Assembly (NCBI GenBank): GCA_963765675.1
Contig: CAVXXK010000001.1
Location: 27,485-91,484 of the forward strand
DNA length: 64,000 nucleotides
Direction of reading: 5' to 3'
From: an uncultured delta proteobacterium
GTDB taxonomy: Bacteria > Desulfobacterota > Binatia > Binatales > Binataceae
Positions 55,540-63,941 of the stretch are shown piece after piece (the stretch's first letter is position 1; the number at the start of each line of letters is the position of its first letter). The notes beneath the pieces are model-generated. The model searched no databases. It saw only the letters and a list, made by a program, of their open reading frames with translations, and was not told the origin of the DNA. The translations under genes and the position numbers were made by a program.

Positions 55540-55773
55540 TTAATGCACGCTGCTTGCCTCAGCGACGTAACGGCGGACTTCGGGATCTAGCACGACGACT
55601 CGACGGCCAAAATGGGCGGCTCGCAGGTGGCCGCGCTTGATCTCAAGACGCAGGAAGGGAACCGAGACGCTCAGGCTCTGAGCCAGATCGTTGAGGGTCC
55701 ACCCCAGTTTCGGAGCAACGTGCCGGGCGGCGTCGGAATTGGATGGGATTGGAGAATTGGTATGAACAAACAT
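55540..55773 (-). CDS. AlpA/excisionase-family helix-turn-helix DNA-binding protein
   Basis: …LNDLAQSLSVSVPFLRLEIKRGHLRAAHFGRRVVVLDPEVRRYV… It lies between the integrase and relaxase genes. Confidence 0.7.
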   Translation of the reverse strand: MFVHTNSPIPSNSDAARHVAPKLGWTLNDLAQSLSVSVPFLRLEIKRGHLRAAHFGRRVVVLDPEVRRYVAEASSVH

Positions 55774-56000
55774 GATGACAAAAAACCTCGGAGATTGCTT
55801 TCACCGGACGGAAAGAGCGTTTCAGTGGAGTTACTAGCTACATAGCTATATCCACGCATTATGTCAAGCCCCGCTGCACCAGGTCGCGCGTGCGAACCGC
55901 GATGGCAGGGAACGGCACGCGACTGTCCGCGCCCGCGTCCCGAAGGGAAGGGCGCTCCGATACCTGCTTGGGTGCGCAGCATTTTGAAAGCGCCGCCCTC

Positions 56001-58985
56001 TCAACCGAGTCTGGAGGGCGGCGCAGGATTCTGAGACGCGTGTGGCGGAGCGTAGCAACCGTGCCGAGCGCAGCGTCCGGCGCGGGTGCCGGCGGCGCGG
56101 TTGCCCGCGGAGCGCGCGCCACCTTTACAGCGGCGCGAAGCGGAGCGCGAGGCGTGCGATGCACGCCGTGTCCGAGCGGCGAAGCTTGCGGAGCCCGAGC
56201 GTCCGCGCTCATAGCGAAGCGCCGATGAAAAAATGATTCGACGACAGCGTTCGGCAAGACCAGTCACCTTCTGATGCCGTGGGCAGGGGTGATGCTCTGG
56301 CGCGGCGGTTCTGGAACCATCTTGAGGTCTCGCGCCCAGGTTTAGGTTGAGCCGTTCCAGGGCGATCGACTTTTCGCGGTTGCGGCCGACCGCGTGCCGG
56401 AGGGCGGAACTGTCGTCGGTGTAGACGGTGACCCCGTGGCGCGCGCGGCTGATCGAGACGTAAAACTGTTTGCGGTTCACGAGTTCAGCCGAGCGAGCGG
56501 TATCGATGTTGACGATGACGCGGTCGACCGTCGCGCCCTGGCTGGAATGCGAAGTCGAGGCGTAACCGTAGTCGATGTGGCGGAGCCGACTGGCCGCGGC
56601 TTTGACTTCGCGCCCGTCGTCCATCCGCAGCGCGGCCTTTCGGTCGTCGATTGCAACGACCGTCGCAAAATCTCCGTTCGCGACGCCGAGCGCGCGGTCG
56701 GGTGCGCGGAACTGGATGCGGTCGCCCTTGGCGATGACTCTGCGCTCCTCGCGGAACAGATCGACGCCGGTGAGCCGCGCTGGGTTGTATTCAACTGCTC
56801 GACCGTCTTCGGTGCGCACGGTGATCCGGTTGAGATCCGAGTCTGTACTCTCGACTCGTGCGTACGTGTCCTTGCCGAGCCCAAGATGGCGGCTGCCACG
56901 GCGGTAGCGAATCACGTCGCCAACTTCGTAACTCTGAGCGCGCTGGCGCTGTGCGGTGGTTAGGTTGCGGTTGACGAGGATGATCTGCTCTTTCCCTTCG
57001 GCGCCGACATGGGAGCGCTGCTTCAGGAGTTCGCGAATGGCGGAGTTGAGTTGCCGGCGCTCGTCGTTGGCAGGACTGACGACCAATACGCGCTCTCCGG
57101 CCTCGTGCGCGGTGACGTATTCCTGTGCGATGGATTTATATCGCGCATCAGGATTGTCGATCTCGCGGATGCGGTCATGCTGCTCGAGCAGCGCGAGCGC
57201 GCGATCGATCTCTCCTTTGGCCGCAAGCTCCACTGCTTCGCGAAGGATAGGGTCCCGCTGGCGGCGAATCGTGTCCAGCCGCGCCACCGCATCCCGGCCT
57301 GCTGCATCTGGTGGATCGGGTCGTCCCGCCTCGATCGCATGGTGCTGATGCTGGTCGCCGACGAACACGATCCGTTCCACGCCTGCGTCGCGGGCCTGAT
57401 GAAGGAGGCGGTTGACCTGGCGCGTCGCGAGCAAACTCGACTCATCGACGATCCATAATTCCTGACGGCCAGAAGCGGAGATTTTATTTTCGATCAGACT
57501 TGCCACGGTTCGGGACTCGACTCCGGCTTCGGATAGCGCCTTGACCGCGCGCGTGGTCGGAGCAAAGCCGCGCACGGCGTAGCCGTGCTCTTCGGCGAAC
57601 TCGCGGATCGCTCCGACCGTGGTGGTCTTCGCGCTGCCGGCGCGGCCTTCGATCGAGGTGAGCCAGTCGGGCGTCGTGAGGATAAGTTGCGCGACTTCGA
57701 TTTGATCGGCGAACAATCCTCGGTCCGTTGCCCATCGGCGAATCTCTGTGTCATTCGCGATGGGCAGAATTTGGCCTTGGCCCGCGCGCATCAGGTCGAG
57801 GTTATCGCGCTCAAGGGCGAGCATCTCGGAAGTGGTGAAGGTGCCGCCCGGTGAGGCGATGGAAGCGTCCAGGACGATCAGCGCGCGGCGTTGTTCCCAA
57901 GCCATGCCCTCGCGGCGCAACTGGTCGAGATCAATTACTCCCATCGCGTGCTGGAGGGCGGTTGCTTCGAGCGCGCGACGGTCGATCACCGCCTCGCGCT
58001 CGGTGCTGTGCGCCACGGCGAAGCGAAGCGCCTCCTCGATCCTTGCCTGGGTGGAGACCCGAACGGCGGCCTGGGTGTGGGAATGGCCCTCGAAGCGGAT
58101 TCCGTAATCTCGCGCGCGCATGCGCCACTCCTCGCGAAGCTCGCCCTCGTCGCGCTGCTGCTTTGAGAGCCGGCTCTGATGAGCGATATTCTGCGCCGCG
58201 GCCGCTCCGCTGAGGCCGTTTCGCGCGAGCGTCTGCTCGATGTCCCGGCGGCGGCGCGAGAACGCCATCACCTGTTCTCGGCTATAACCTTCGAGCTCCC
58301 AGCGTCCATCGCCGCCGGTAACCGTGATGCCGTAGCCAAGTGAACGTACTTCGCGAGCCAGCTCGGAGCGATAAACCGCGCTGGCGAAGCTCTGTGAGCG
58401 ATAGATCTCGACCGGGTCGAGCCCACGCCATGCGCCGTCGGGCCGGCGAGTCATGTTGGCGATGACGACGTGGGTGTGGAGATGCGGATCGGGACCGTAG
58501 CCGTCATCTGCACCTTTGGCTGGACGCGCCGCGATATGGTCGAAACGCGCGGCGACGATGTTCCGGGTGAGTACCCATTCGCTGCCGCCCTTCTGACGCG
58601 ACAGCGCGTAATGCTCCAGCTCCGTCAGCGCGGTGCTGACCGCGCGGCGATGCGCATCGGTCAATCCGGCGTCTCCACCCGCCAGCGCCTGAATGCTGAC
58701 CGACTTGGGCGCGTTGAAGGTCGCGTCCCATCCCGCGCGGCGTTCGGTTCGTCCATTGGCGTTGCGGACGAGAACTTCGGCAGTGCCCGGCTGTTGGCCG
58801 CGAAGTATCGCGCGAAAATCTTCGGGAGCGACTTCGTCAGAGAGCCCGAGTGCGTCGGCGCCCTGCCCGAACCATTGACCGACGACTCGATGTTCTTCGG
58901 TGTAGTAATCGTCCTGCGAGTACTTCTCTTCGTAGTAGGTCTCGGCCTGACCGGCGCTGAGCGCCCCGCTCGACATGACCAGCAT
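56001..58985 (-). CDS. Conjugative relaxase-helicase, MobF family (TrwC/TraI-like)
   Basis: N-terminal …AETYYEEKYSQDDYY…NAPKSVSIQALAGGD…HLHTHVVIANMT… is the 3-His relaxase motif. The central/C-terminal RecD-like helicase carries the Walker A motif GRAGSAKTT. The ORF tail beyond ~residue 850 is low-complexity. Confidence 0.9.
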   Translation of the reverse strand: MLVMSSGALSAGQAETYYEEKYSQDDYYTEEHRVVGQWFGQGADALGLSDEVAPEDFRAILRGQQPGTAEVLVRNANGRTERRAGWDATFNAPKSVSIQALAGGDAGLTDAHRRAVSTALTELEHYALSRQKGGSEWVLTRNIVAARFDHIAARPAKGADDGYGPDPHLHTHVVIANMTRRPDGAWRGLDPVEIYRSQSFASAVYRSELAREVRSLGYGITVTGGDGRWELEGYSREQVMAFSRRRRDIEQTLARNGLSGAAAAQNIAHQSRLSKQQRDEGELREEWRMRARDYGIRFEGHSHTQAAVRVSTQARIEEALRFAVAHSTEREAVIDRRALEATALQHAMGVIDLDQLRREGMAWEQRRALIVLDASIASPGGTFTTSEMLALERDNLDLMRAGQGQILPIANDTEIRRWATDRGLFADQIEVAQLILTTPDWLTSIEGRAGSAKTTTVGAIREFAEEHGYAVRGFAPTTRAVKALSEAGVESRTVASLIENKISASGRQELWIVDESSLLATRQVNRLLHQARDAGVERIVFVGDQHQHHAIEAGRPDPPDAAGRDAVARLDTIRRQRDPILREAVELAAKGEIDRALALLEQHDRIREIDNPDARYKSIAQEYVTAHEAGERVLVVSPANDERRQLNSAIRELLKQRSHVGAEGKEQIILVNRNLTTAQRQRAQSYEVGDVIRYRRGSRHLGLGKDTYARVESTDSDLNRITVRTEDGRAVEYNPARLTGVDLFREERRVIAKGDRIQFRAPDRALGVANGDFATVVAIDDRKAALRMDDGREVKAAASRLRHIDYGYASTSHSSQGATVDRVIVNIDTARSAELVNRKQFYVSISRARHGVTVYTDDSSALRHAVGRNREKSIALERLNLNLGARPQDGSRTAAPEHHPCPRHQKVTGLAERCRRIIFSSALRYERGRSGSASFAARTRRASHASRSASRRCKGGARSAGNRAAGTRAGRCARHGCYAPPHASQNPAPPSRLG

Positions 58986-58988
58986 GAC

Positions 58989-60800
58989 TCATGCCCTCAA
59001 TCTGCGGGGAGGACGTGGCGGTCGCGGGCCGCCGCTTCCCGGCGGCACAAGGAGCGGCCCGCTGCTGTCGTTTGGCGAGTCCGGCGGCAAGTCAGCGGGT
59101 TCAGTCCGGCAGATGAACCCCGGATGACGCCGGAGCGGCGCGAGATACGGAATCGTGACTTTCGCTCGACGGTAGCCGGTGATGCAGAGATAACCCTCGA
59201 ACGGGCGCAGCATCTGAACCTCACTCGCGAGCGCGACGCTCTCCACCTGCCGATGCGGGTGGATAGTAAAGCCGTCGCGGGAGTCGCCCAGCCGGGTGCT
59301 CTGACCGACGAGACCTCGGCTGACTTCGCGCTCACCGATCTGCGCACTCGACCACCGCGCGGTCTCGGCCTCGCCGGTACGCAGGATCAGCTTGGTGGCG
59401 GGCGCGGCGGCCAGAGTTGCGGTCTGGTCGTGCCCGTAGATGGCGCGAAGCTGGGTGATGGCTTGAAGGCCCAGCACCGCGCAGAGCCCGCGCTTGCGTC
59501 CGCGCACCACCAGCGTTTCGAGCTCGGCCTGACGGCGGAGCACGGGCAGCTCGTCGGCGATGATCCAGACTTTGCCGCGTGATCCGTCGTCGGTCATCAG
59601 ACGTCGCACGATGCAATCTAGCCAGACGCTCTGGAGCGGCAGCGCCGCCTCGCGCGAGTCCTCGGTTGAGCTGAGAAACAGCCACCCCTCACGGGTTCGC
59701 GCCCATTCGAGCGCGCTCCAGGCGTGGACGGCGGATCGCGGAAGATGCCGAAACGAACTGGTCGCGTTGAACGCCGTCGCGACGATTCCGGCGCCCTGCT
59801 CGTGCGCGCCTGGATCGATGAGGACCTCGGCGGGAGTCCCTCGGAGCGCTTCCTTCAGCTTGGCGCGGGGCAGCGCGAGCAGCTTCGGAAGCTCGCCCGG
59901 TTCCCTGGACTTGGCCGCGTCGAGCAGGCCGACGATGAGCGTGCGGGCCGACTGCCGGAAGAAGAAGTCGGCGCCGCCCTGACCGAAGGTATTCGCCGGG
60001 TCGGGAACCAGCGCCGCCGCGAGCGCTTCGGCGTCCATCGCCTCGCTTCCGGGTCTGAGCTCCGACCATGGTGTCCACGCCGGGCAGCGGGTATCGAGCG
60101 GGTTGAGGATCAGATCGCCGCGCTCGGGCCGGAAGAACTCAGGCAGGTACTCGCACTCGGGATCGAGCACGACCGCACTCTCTCCGCGTGCTTCGATCTG
60201 CCGGAGCATCCGCCGGATCGCGGTGGACTTGCCCGAGCCGGGCGCGCCGACCAACAGAAAGTGTTGCGACTCCAGCGCGCGGGGAATCAAGACGCCGCCG
60301 AGTTCGACGCCGTCGCCGCTTAAGTCCCGGCGCAACCGCCGGCTCGGGATTACATCGGTCCCGCGCACGTACTCGTCTTCATCTCCTGCGCCACGGGGCG
60401 GAAAGATGATCAGGAGGCAGGCTCCGACTATCAGAGCGGTGATGACCGCGCCCCAAGGTGCATAATGCCAGAACCAGCCCGCGAACGAGCCGCCGAGGTA
60501 GTACCTGCGGTTGAGGAAGTCGTACATGCTGGCGATGGTGTAGCGCTGGCCGCGGTACGGCAGTGACGCGAACGTTAGTAGAATCTCCTGGGTTAGAAAC
60601 CACGCCAGGAACCATCTCACGAAGTACCGGTGCGCCGCGGTCCCGCCGTAGTGGCCAGTCCAGTACCAGACCAGCGCAACCGTCAAAAGCGCCCACAGAA
60701 GCGCGATGAGGAGCACCGCGCGGAGCGCCGTTTGCGCCCAGACATGCAGCGATGCGAGGTCGGCGCGTCGTCTGACCGCCCGATCAACATATGCGTTCAT
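58989..60800 (-). CDS. Type IV coupling protein (TraD/TrwB/VirD4 family)
   Basis: N-terminal TM helices. Walker A …FLLVGAPGSGKSTAIRRML…. Walker B …VWIIADELPVL…. The start ATG overlaps the upstream stop (ATGA). Confidence 0.88.
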   Translation of the reverse strand: MNAYVDRAVRRRADLASLHVWAQTALRAVLLIALLWALLTVALVWYWTGHYGGTAAHRYFVRWFLAWFLTQEILLTFASLPYRGQRYTIASMYDFLNRRYYLGGSFAGWFWHYAPWGAVITALIVGACLLIIFPPRGAGDEDEYVRGTDVIPSRRLRRDLSGDGVELGGVLIPRALESQHFLLVGAPGSGKSTAIRRMLRQIEARGESAVVLDPECEYLPEFFRPERGDLILNPLDTRCPAWTPWSELRPGSEAMDAEALAAALVPDPANTFGQGGADFFFRQSARTLIVGLLDAAKSREPGELPKLLALPRAKLKEALRGTPAEVLIDPGAHEQGAGIVATAFNATSSFRHLPRSAVHAWSALEWARTREGWLFLSSTEDSREAALPLQSVWLDCIVRRLMTDDGSRGKVWIIADELPVLRRQAELETLVVRGRKRGLCAVLGLQAITQLRAIYGHDQTATLAAAPATKLILRTGEAETARWSSAQIGEREVSRGLVGQSTRLGDSRDGFTIHPHRQVESVALASEVQMLRPFEGYLCITGYRRAKVTIPYLAPLRRHPGFICRTEPADLPPDSPNDSSGPLLVPPGSGGPRPPRPPRRLRA

Positions 60801-61176
60801 TGCCTAATACCTCCGTCGCCTCCGAGGCGGTCGATGTAGTCGCGCGCGGCCTTCTCCGACGCCTCGATGATCTCGTCCACCGCAGACTCGCTCAGGCTCT
60901 GGTCGAGCGCGTGCAGGAACGCCGAGCGAGTCTTCACCACCTCGAATAACAGCCGCGTGAATCTCTCCGAGCGTTCTGTTCGAGCCGTTCGCAGGCTTTG
61001 CTGAGTGCGGCGGAGCCGCCAACTGCTGTTTCGGCGAGGTGCATGTACGTATCGACGACCAGCGACTGAATCAGCGTGGTCGGCGATAAGCCTGAACTTG
61101 CCGCCTGCTTTTCGACTCGCGCGGCGAGCGTCTCAGGCAGCCTGATCGTGTAGGTTCTCTTGCTCTCCTGGCTCAT
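60797..61176 (-). pseudogene. TrwA-like relaxosome accessory protein (ribbon-helix-helix), frame interrupted near 60985-61000
   Basis: The N-terminal frame MSQESKRTYTIRLPETLAARVEKQAASSGLSPTTLIQSLV… is an RHH fold, then terminates. A second frame with no start codon continues …FTRLLFEVVKTRSAFLHALDQSLSESAVDEIIEASEKAARDYIDRLGGDGGIRQ* and ends in ATGA overlap with the T4CP start. This implies a single-nt indel. Confidence 0.6.
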
Positions 61177-61415
61177 CTGACTGGACCTCCGCGCTGCAAG
61201 CATCTGTTTGCAATGGAAAATCAAGGGTTTCCGACGGTTCGCTGATTCGCTTCCACGTCTGTGTACACGTCGCGAAGCACGCGTTTACGCTGAAAGATCG
61301 CGGGCTTTTCTCCATCTCCGTACTCGTTGCTGCAAGCAGGCTTCATTCGCGAATGAGTGACGTGTCATCAACTCACACGCGCAAAGCGCGTCTGCGCATT
61401 TGGTACTGCTGCGAG

Positions 61416-61691
61416 TCAGCCTTGTGACTTGGCGTCGCCGTTGGACAAAGAGGAACTGGGGCGGCGATGATGACTGCCGCCGCCGCTGGAACGTGACCAG
61501 GTCTGGAACTCACGGTCAGCTTGCAGGAAGGCACTGAGAATCTCCGGAATCAGCGCCTTCGAATCCACGGCGTCGCCGTGAACGTGCTCGTAGTAGCGCG
61601 CGTAGCCCTCGAGCGCGGCATTCAGGTCGCCGGCCAGCGTCACGCGCACCTGTAGGGAACGAAGCGGCTTTGCGATGCGTGCGAGTTTCAT
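61416..61691 (-). CDS. DUF2274 domain protein (ICE-associated)
   Basis: MKLARIAKPLRSLQVRVTLAGDLNAALEGYARYYEHVHGDAVDSKALIPEILSAFLQADREF… is the characteristic DUF2274 found beside T4SS genes in ICEs. Confidence 0.75.
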   Translation of the reverse strand: MKLARIAKPLRSLQVRVTLAGDLNAALEGYARYYEHVHGDAVDSKALIPEILSAFLQADREFQTWSRSSGGGSHHRRPSSSLSNGDAKSQG

Positions 61692-61728
61692 ATCGGACCT
61701 CCATTAATGGTTACTCGGAAAGGACTGC

Positions 61729-62058
61729 TCAGAAGGGCGCGAGGTAAGTCAGCAAATGGACCGCAATCAGCGCGGCCCAAGCTGCTACTCCGCCAGCCAG
61801 CAGGCGCCCTGCTCGCGGGTAGCTGCCGATCGCGTACAAGATCGCCGACAGCGCGAAGTTCAGCGCTATCGCGGCGTGAGCCACGGGGCCGACCAGGATG
61901 CCTTGAATCGCGCCGAGCGTCTGGTCCCATGGCATGGCACCGGCGTATTGTGCGGCCCACGATGGCTCGGCTCGAAGCGCGAACAGCGCGGCGGCACAGG
62001 CGGCGATGAGCCATCTGACGTTCGATTTCGGCGCTTGCTTTACTGCGACTGGGATCAT
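61729..62058 (-). CDS. TrbC/VirB2-family T4SS pilin-like protein
   Basis: 109 aa. Signal-like N-terminus …WLIAACAAALFALRAEPSWAAQ…, then two hydrophobic segments (…ILVGPVAHAAIALNFALSAILYAIG…, …AAWAALIAVHLL…). Confidence 0.55.
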   Translation of the reverse strand: MIPVAVKQAPKSNVRWLIAACAAALFALRAEPSWAAQYAGAMPWDQTLGAIQGILVGPVAHAAIALNFALSAILYAIGSYPRAGRLLAGGVAAWAALIAVHLLTYLAPF

Positions 62059-62169
62059 GGGGAGTACTTTTGCGTGGCTACGTGACTAGCTCGCTATGTA
62101 GCGAGATATCGGACGAGTGTCAAGCGTGAAGATCGATCAGCGCGAAACGGTCGGGAGCTTGTTGGCGGG

Positions 62170-62836
62170 CTACTCGGTCAGATAGCCGAGCTGGGAGAGC
62201 CGCACGGTGGCGGCTTCGACGGATACATCGAACGCAAGCGAAATACGCTGGCAGAGCGCTGACGCTTCAGGCGATCCCTTGGCCACCGGCGGGCGCTCAG
62301 AGCGATTCTGGAAATAAGCCTCGACCGCGCGCCGCGCGAAGCTCTCCGGCATCAGCAAGGCACCCGAGGCATAGCCCGCCTGCCATTCAAACCAGTCAAC
62401 GACCGCGCTCGGTCGGAAGCAGGCTCTGCCAGTAACAGCGGTGCGGACTGCGGGCAGCGCCGTACTTGTCGTACAGCCAAGCGTGGAGCATCACGTGGCC
62501 ATATTCGTGGGTCAGGGTCGTGCGCAACCGGTTGTTACGATGCCGTTGCTCCCACAGTTCCCGCGCGATTGTGACCCGCGGCTTTCGGCCGCGCTCGAAC
62601 TGGGTGAAACCAAAGACCTCGTGAATGTCATCGGAAAGATCCGTCGCCAAGTCGAGGTCGGCGGCGTCACGCTCGATCAGCATCGTGACCGCCTCGGTCG
62701 GCACCGGGATGCGTTCAAATCCGAAGTGCTGGCGCAGAAAGGAGGTGATCGTCTCCTCGCACATCTGCTCAAGCTCGCCGATCTCCCAGTGCGGACGCTC
62801 CGGAAAGCGCCCGGTCCTGTCCGGTATCATCTTCAC
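62170..62836 (-). pseudogene. ImmA/IrrE-family metallopeptidase (HEXXH), frame interrupted by a 1-nt insertion near 62420-62460
   Basis: …LTHEYGHVMLHAWLYDKYGAA… contains the HEXXH motif, then the frame is lost. The +1 frame continues …AVVDWFEWQAGYASGALLMPESFARRAVEAYFQ…VEAATVRLSQLGYLTE (track ORF 62170-62358). Confidence 0.7.
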
Positions 62837-63156
62837 GGCTTCTTCCTGCGCTTTACTTCCCGCCGGAACGCCTTCCAGCCTGCGGCGAGTTCCTGCGCAC
62901 TGTTGACGGTCGTCGCGCTGAGGTCGGCTGGAAACCGCCCTGCCAGAAAGTAGAGCACATCCGAATCGACCTTGAGAACCTTGGCGAGTTGTTCAAGGAC
63001 TTCGTCGGAAGGCTTGCGCCGGTCGTGTTCGAGGTCAACCAGGAACGGAATCGAGATCGGCTTGCCATCGGAGTTGCGCACCTCCGCCACCACCTCGCGT
63101 CCCGCCAACCCCAGCTCCTTGCGCCGCTCAACGATGAACTGTCCGAGTGTCTGCAT
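62833..63156 (-). CDS. XRE-family HTH transcriptional regulator (ImmR-like repressor partner of ImmA)
   Basis: MQTLGQFIVERRKELGLAGREVVAEVRNSDGKPISIPFLVDLEHDRRKPSDEVLEQLAKVL… is an HTH_XRE. It overlaps the immA start by 4 nt (ATGA-type coupling). Confidence 0.75.
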   Translation of the reverse strand: MQTLGQFIVERRKELGLAGREVVAEVRNSDGKPISIPFLVDLEHDRRKPSDEVLEQLAKVLKVDSDVLYFLAGRFPADLSATTVNSAQELAAGWKAFRREVKRRKKP

Positions 63157-63279
63157 TAATAGCTATGTAGCATAATGGAATGTGATTAGGAAGATATGCT
63201 GCTCACATCATCCTCTTGCCGTAAGTGTGACACAACTATTCGACTTTTAAACAGTCTCCGCTCCGCTTTGTCTCAAAAC

Positions 63280-63375
63280 CTAATTCTTCTTTTTCCTCTT
63301 CTTTCTTTTCTCCCCCTCCCCCCTCTCCCCCCCTCACCCCCTCCCCCCCCCTCTCCCCCCCGGAGATCTCCCCGA
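63280..63375. repeat. ~95-nt polypyrimidine (C/T) tract with multiple C5-C8 runs (poly-G on the transcribed minus strand)
   Basis: CCTAATTCTTCTTTTTCCTCTTCTTTCTTTTCTCCCCCTCCCCCCTCTCCCCCCCTCACCCCCTCCCCCCCCTCTCCCCCCCGGAG contains only three purines. It explains the spurious Pro-rich +strand ORF 63196-63408. Confidence 0.9.
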
Positions 63376-63565
63376 TCCGGTGCTTGTCACGTTGCGTCTA
63401 AACATTGAGGTATGGAAGGTTGGCCGGACCCCGTCGCGCGTCGGACGACCCGACGTGCATCAATTGTGGCAGCAGCGCGTATCCCATTGCTGAACAAGCT
63501 GGCCGATCGGTCATCGAGTTTCGTTGAAGCCGCTCGCGCAGAGAATTTCGCACAATATCGGCTCC

Positions 63566-63579
63566 CCCCCCCCCCCATA
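63566..63579. repeat. C14 homopolymer (G14 on minus strand) in the immR-upstream intergenic region
   Basis: GGCTCCCCCCCCCCCCCCATATAT. Confidence 0.9.
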
Positions 63580-63581
63580 TA

Positions 63582-63941
63582 TCAGGCCAGGTTCCATCGA
63601 CATTGGATTTCCTGACTGTTCAAGACGTCGATCACGCGCACTGGTTCGCCGAGATCGCTCCATTCGCATCCGTGAACCGGAAGGACCGCAAGATTCGTCG
63701 GACGCCTCGCCAAAACGTCCCGTGAAAAGTCCGTGTCATAGGAAGCGTACAGGATCTCGACGAATCGCTCCTCCGAGCTGGTCAGGAGTGCTCGACTTAC
63801 GCGTGCGAAGGAGCGGTAGAGTTCCGGCGCCGATACCATGATAAGTCCCAAGAGCGTGGACAAACCAGCCACCATCACGAAGCTATTCCAGAGGCACGCG
63901 CGCTCCAGAAGTGTTTTGGCCAACTTCGGCGACGGTTTCAC
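63582..63941 (-). CDS. Hypothetical protein (within the ICE, upstream of immR)
   Basis: 119-aa ORF with one hydrophobic helix (…FVMVAGLSTLLGLIMVSAP…). No recognisable domain. Confidence 0.3.
   Translation of the reverse strand: MKPSPKLAKTLLERACLWNSFVMVAGLSTLLGLIMVSAPELYRSFARVSRALLTSSEERFVEILYASYDTDFSRDVLARRPTNLAVLPVHGCEWSDLGEPVRVIDVLNSQEIQCRWNLA

Noticed and set aside
63196-63408. 70-aa +strand ORF (…LPLPPLPPSPPPPPSPP…)
   Set aside because: It is a translation artefact of the polypyrimidine tract. It has no RBS, a low-complexity Pro run, and lies inside the immR-upstream non-coding region.
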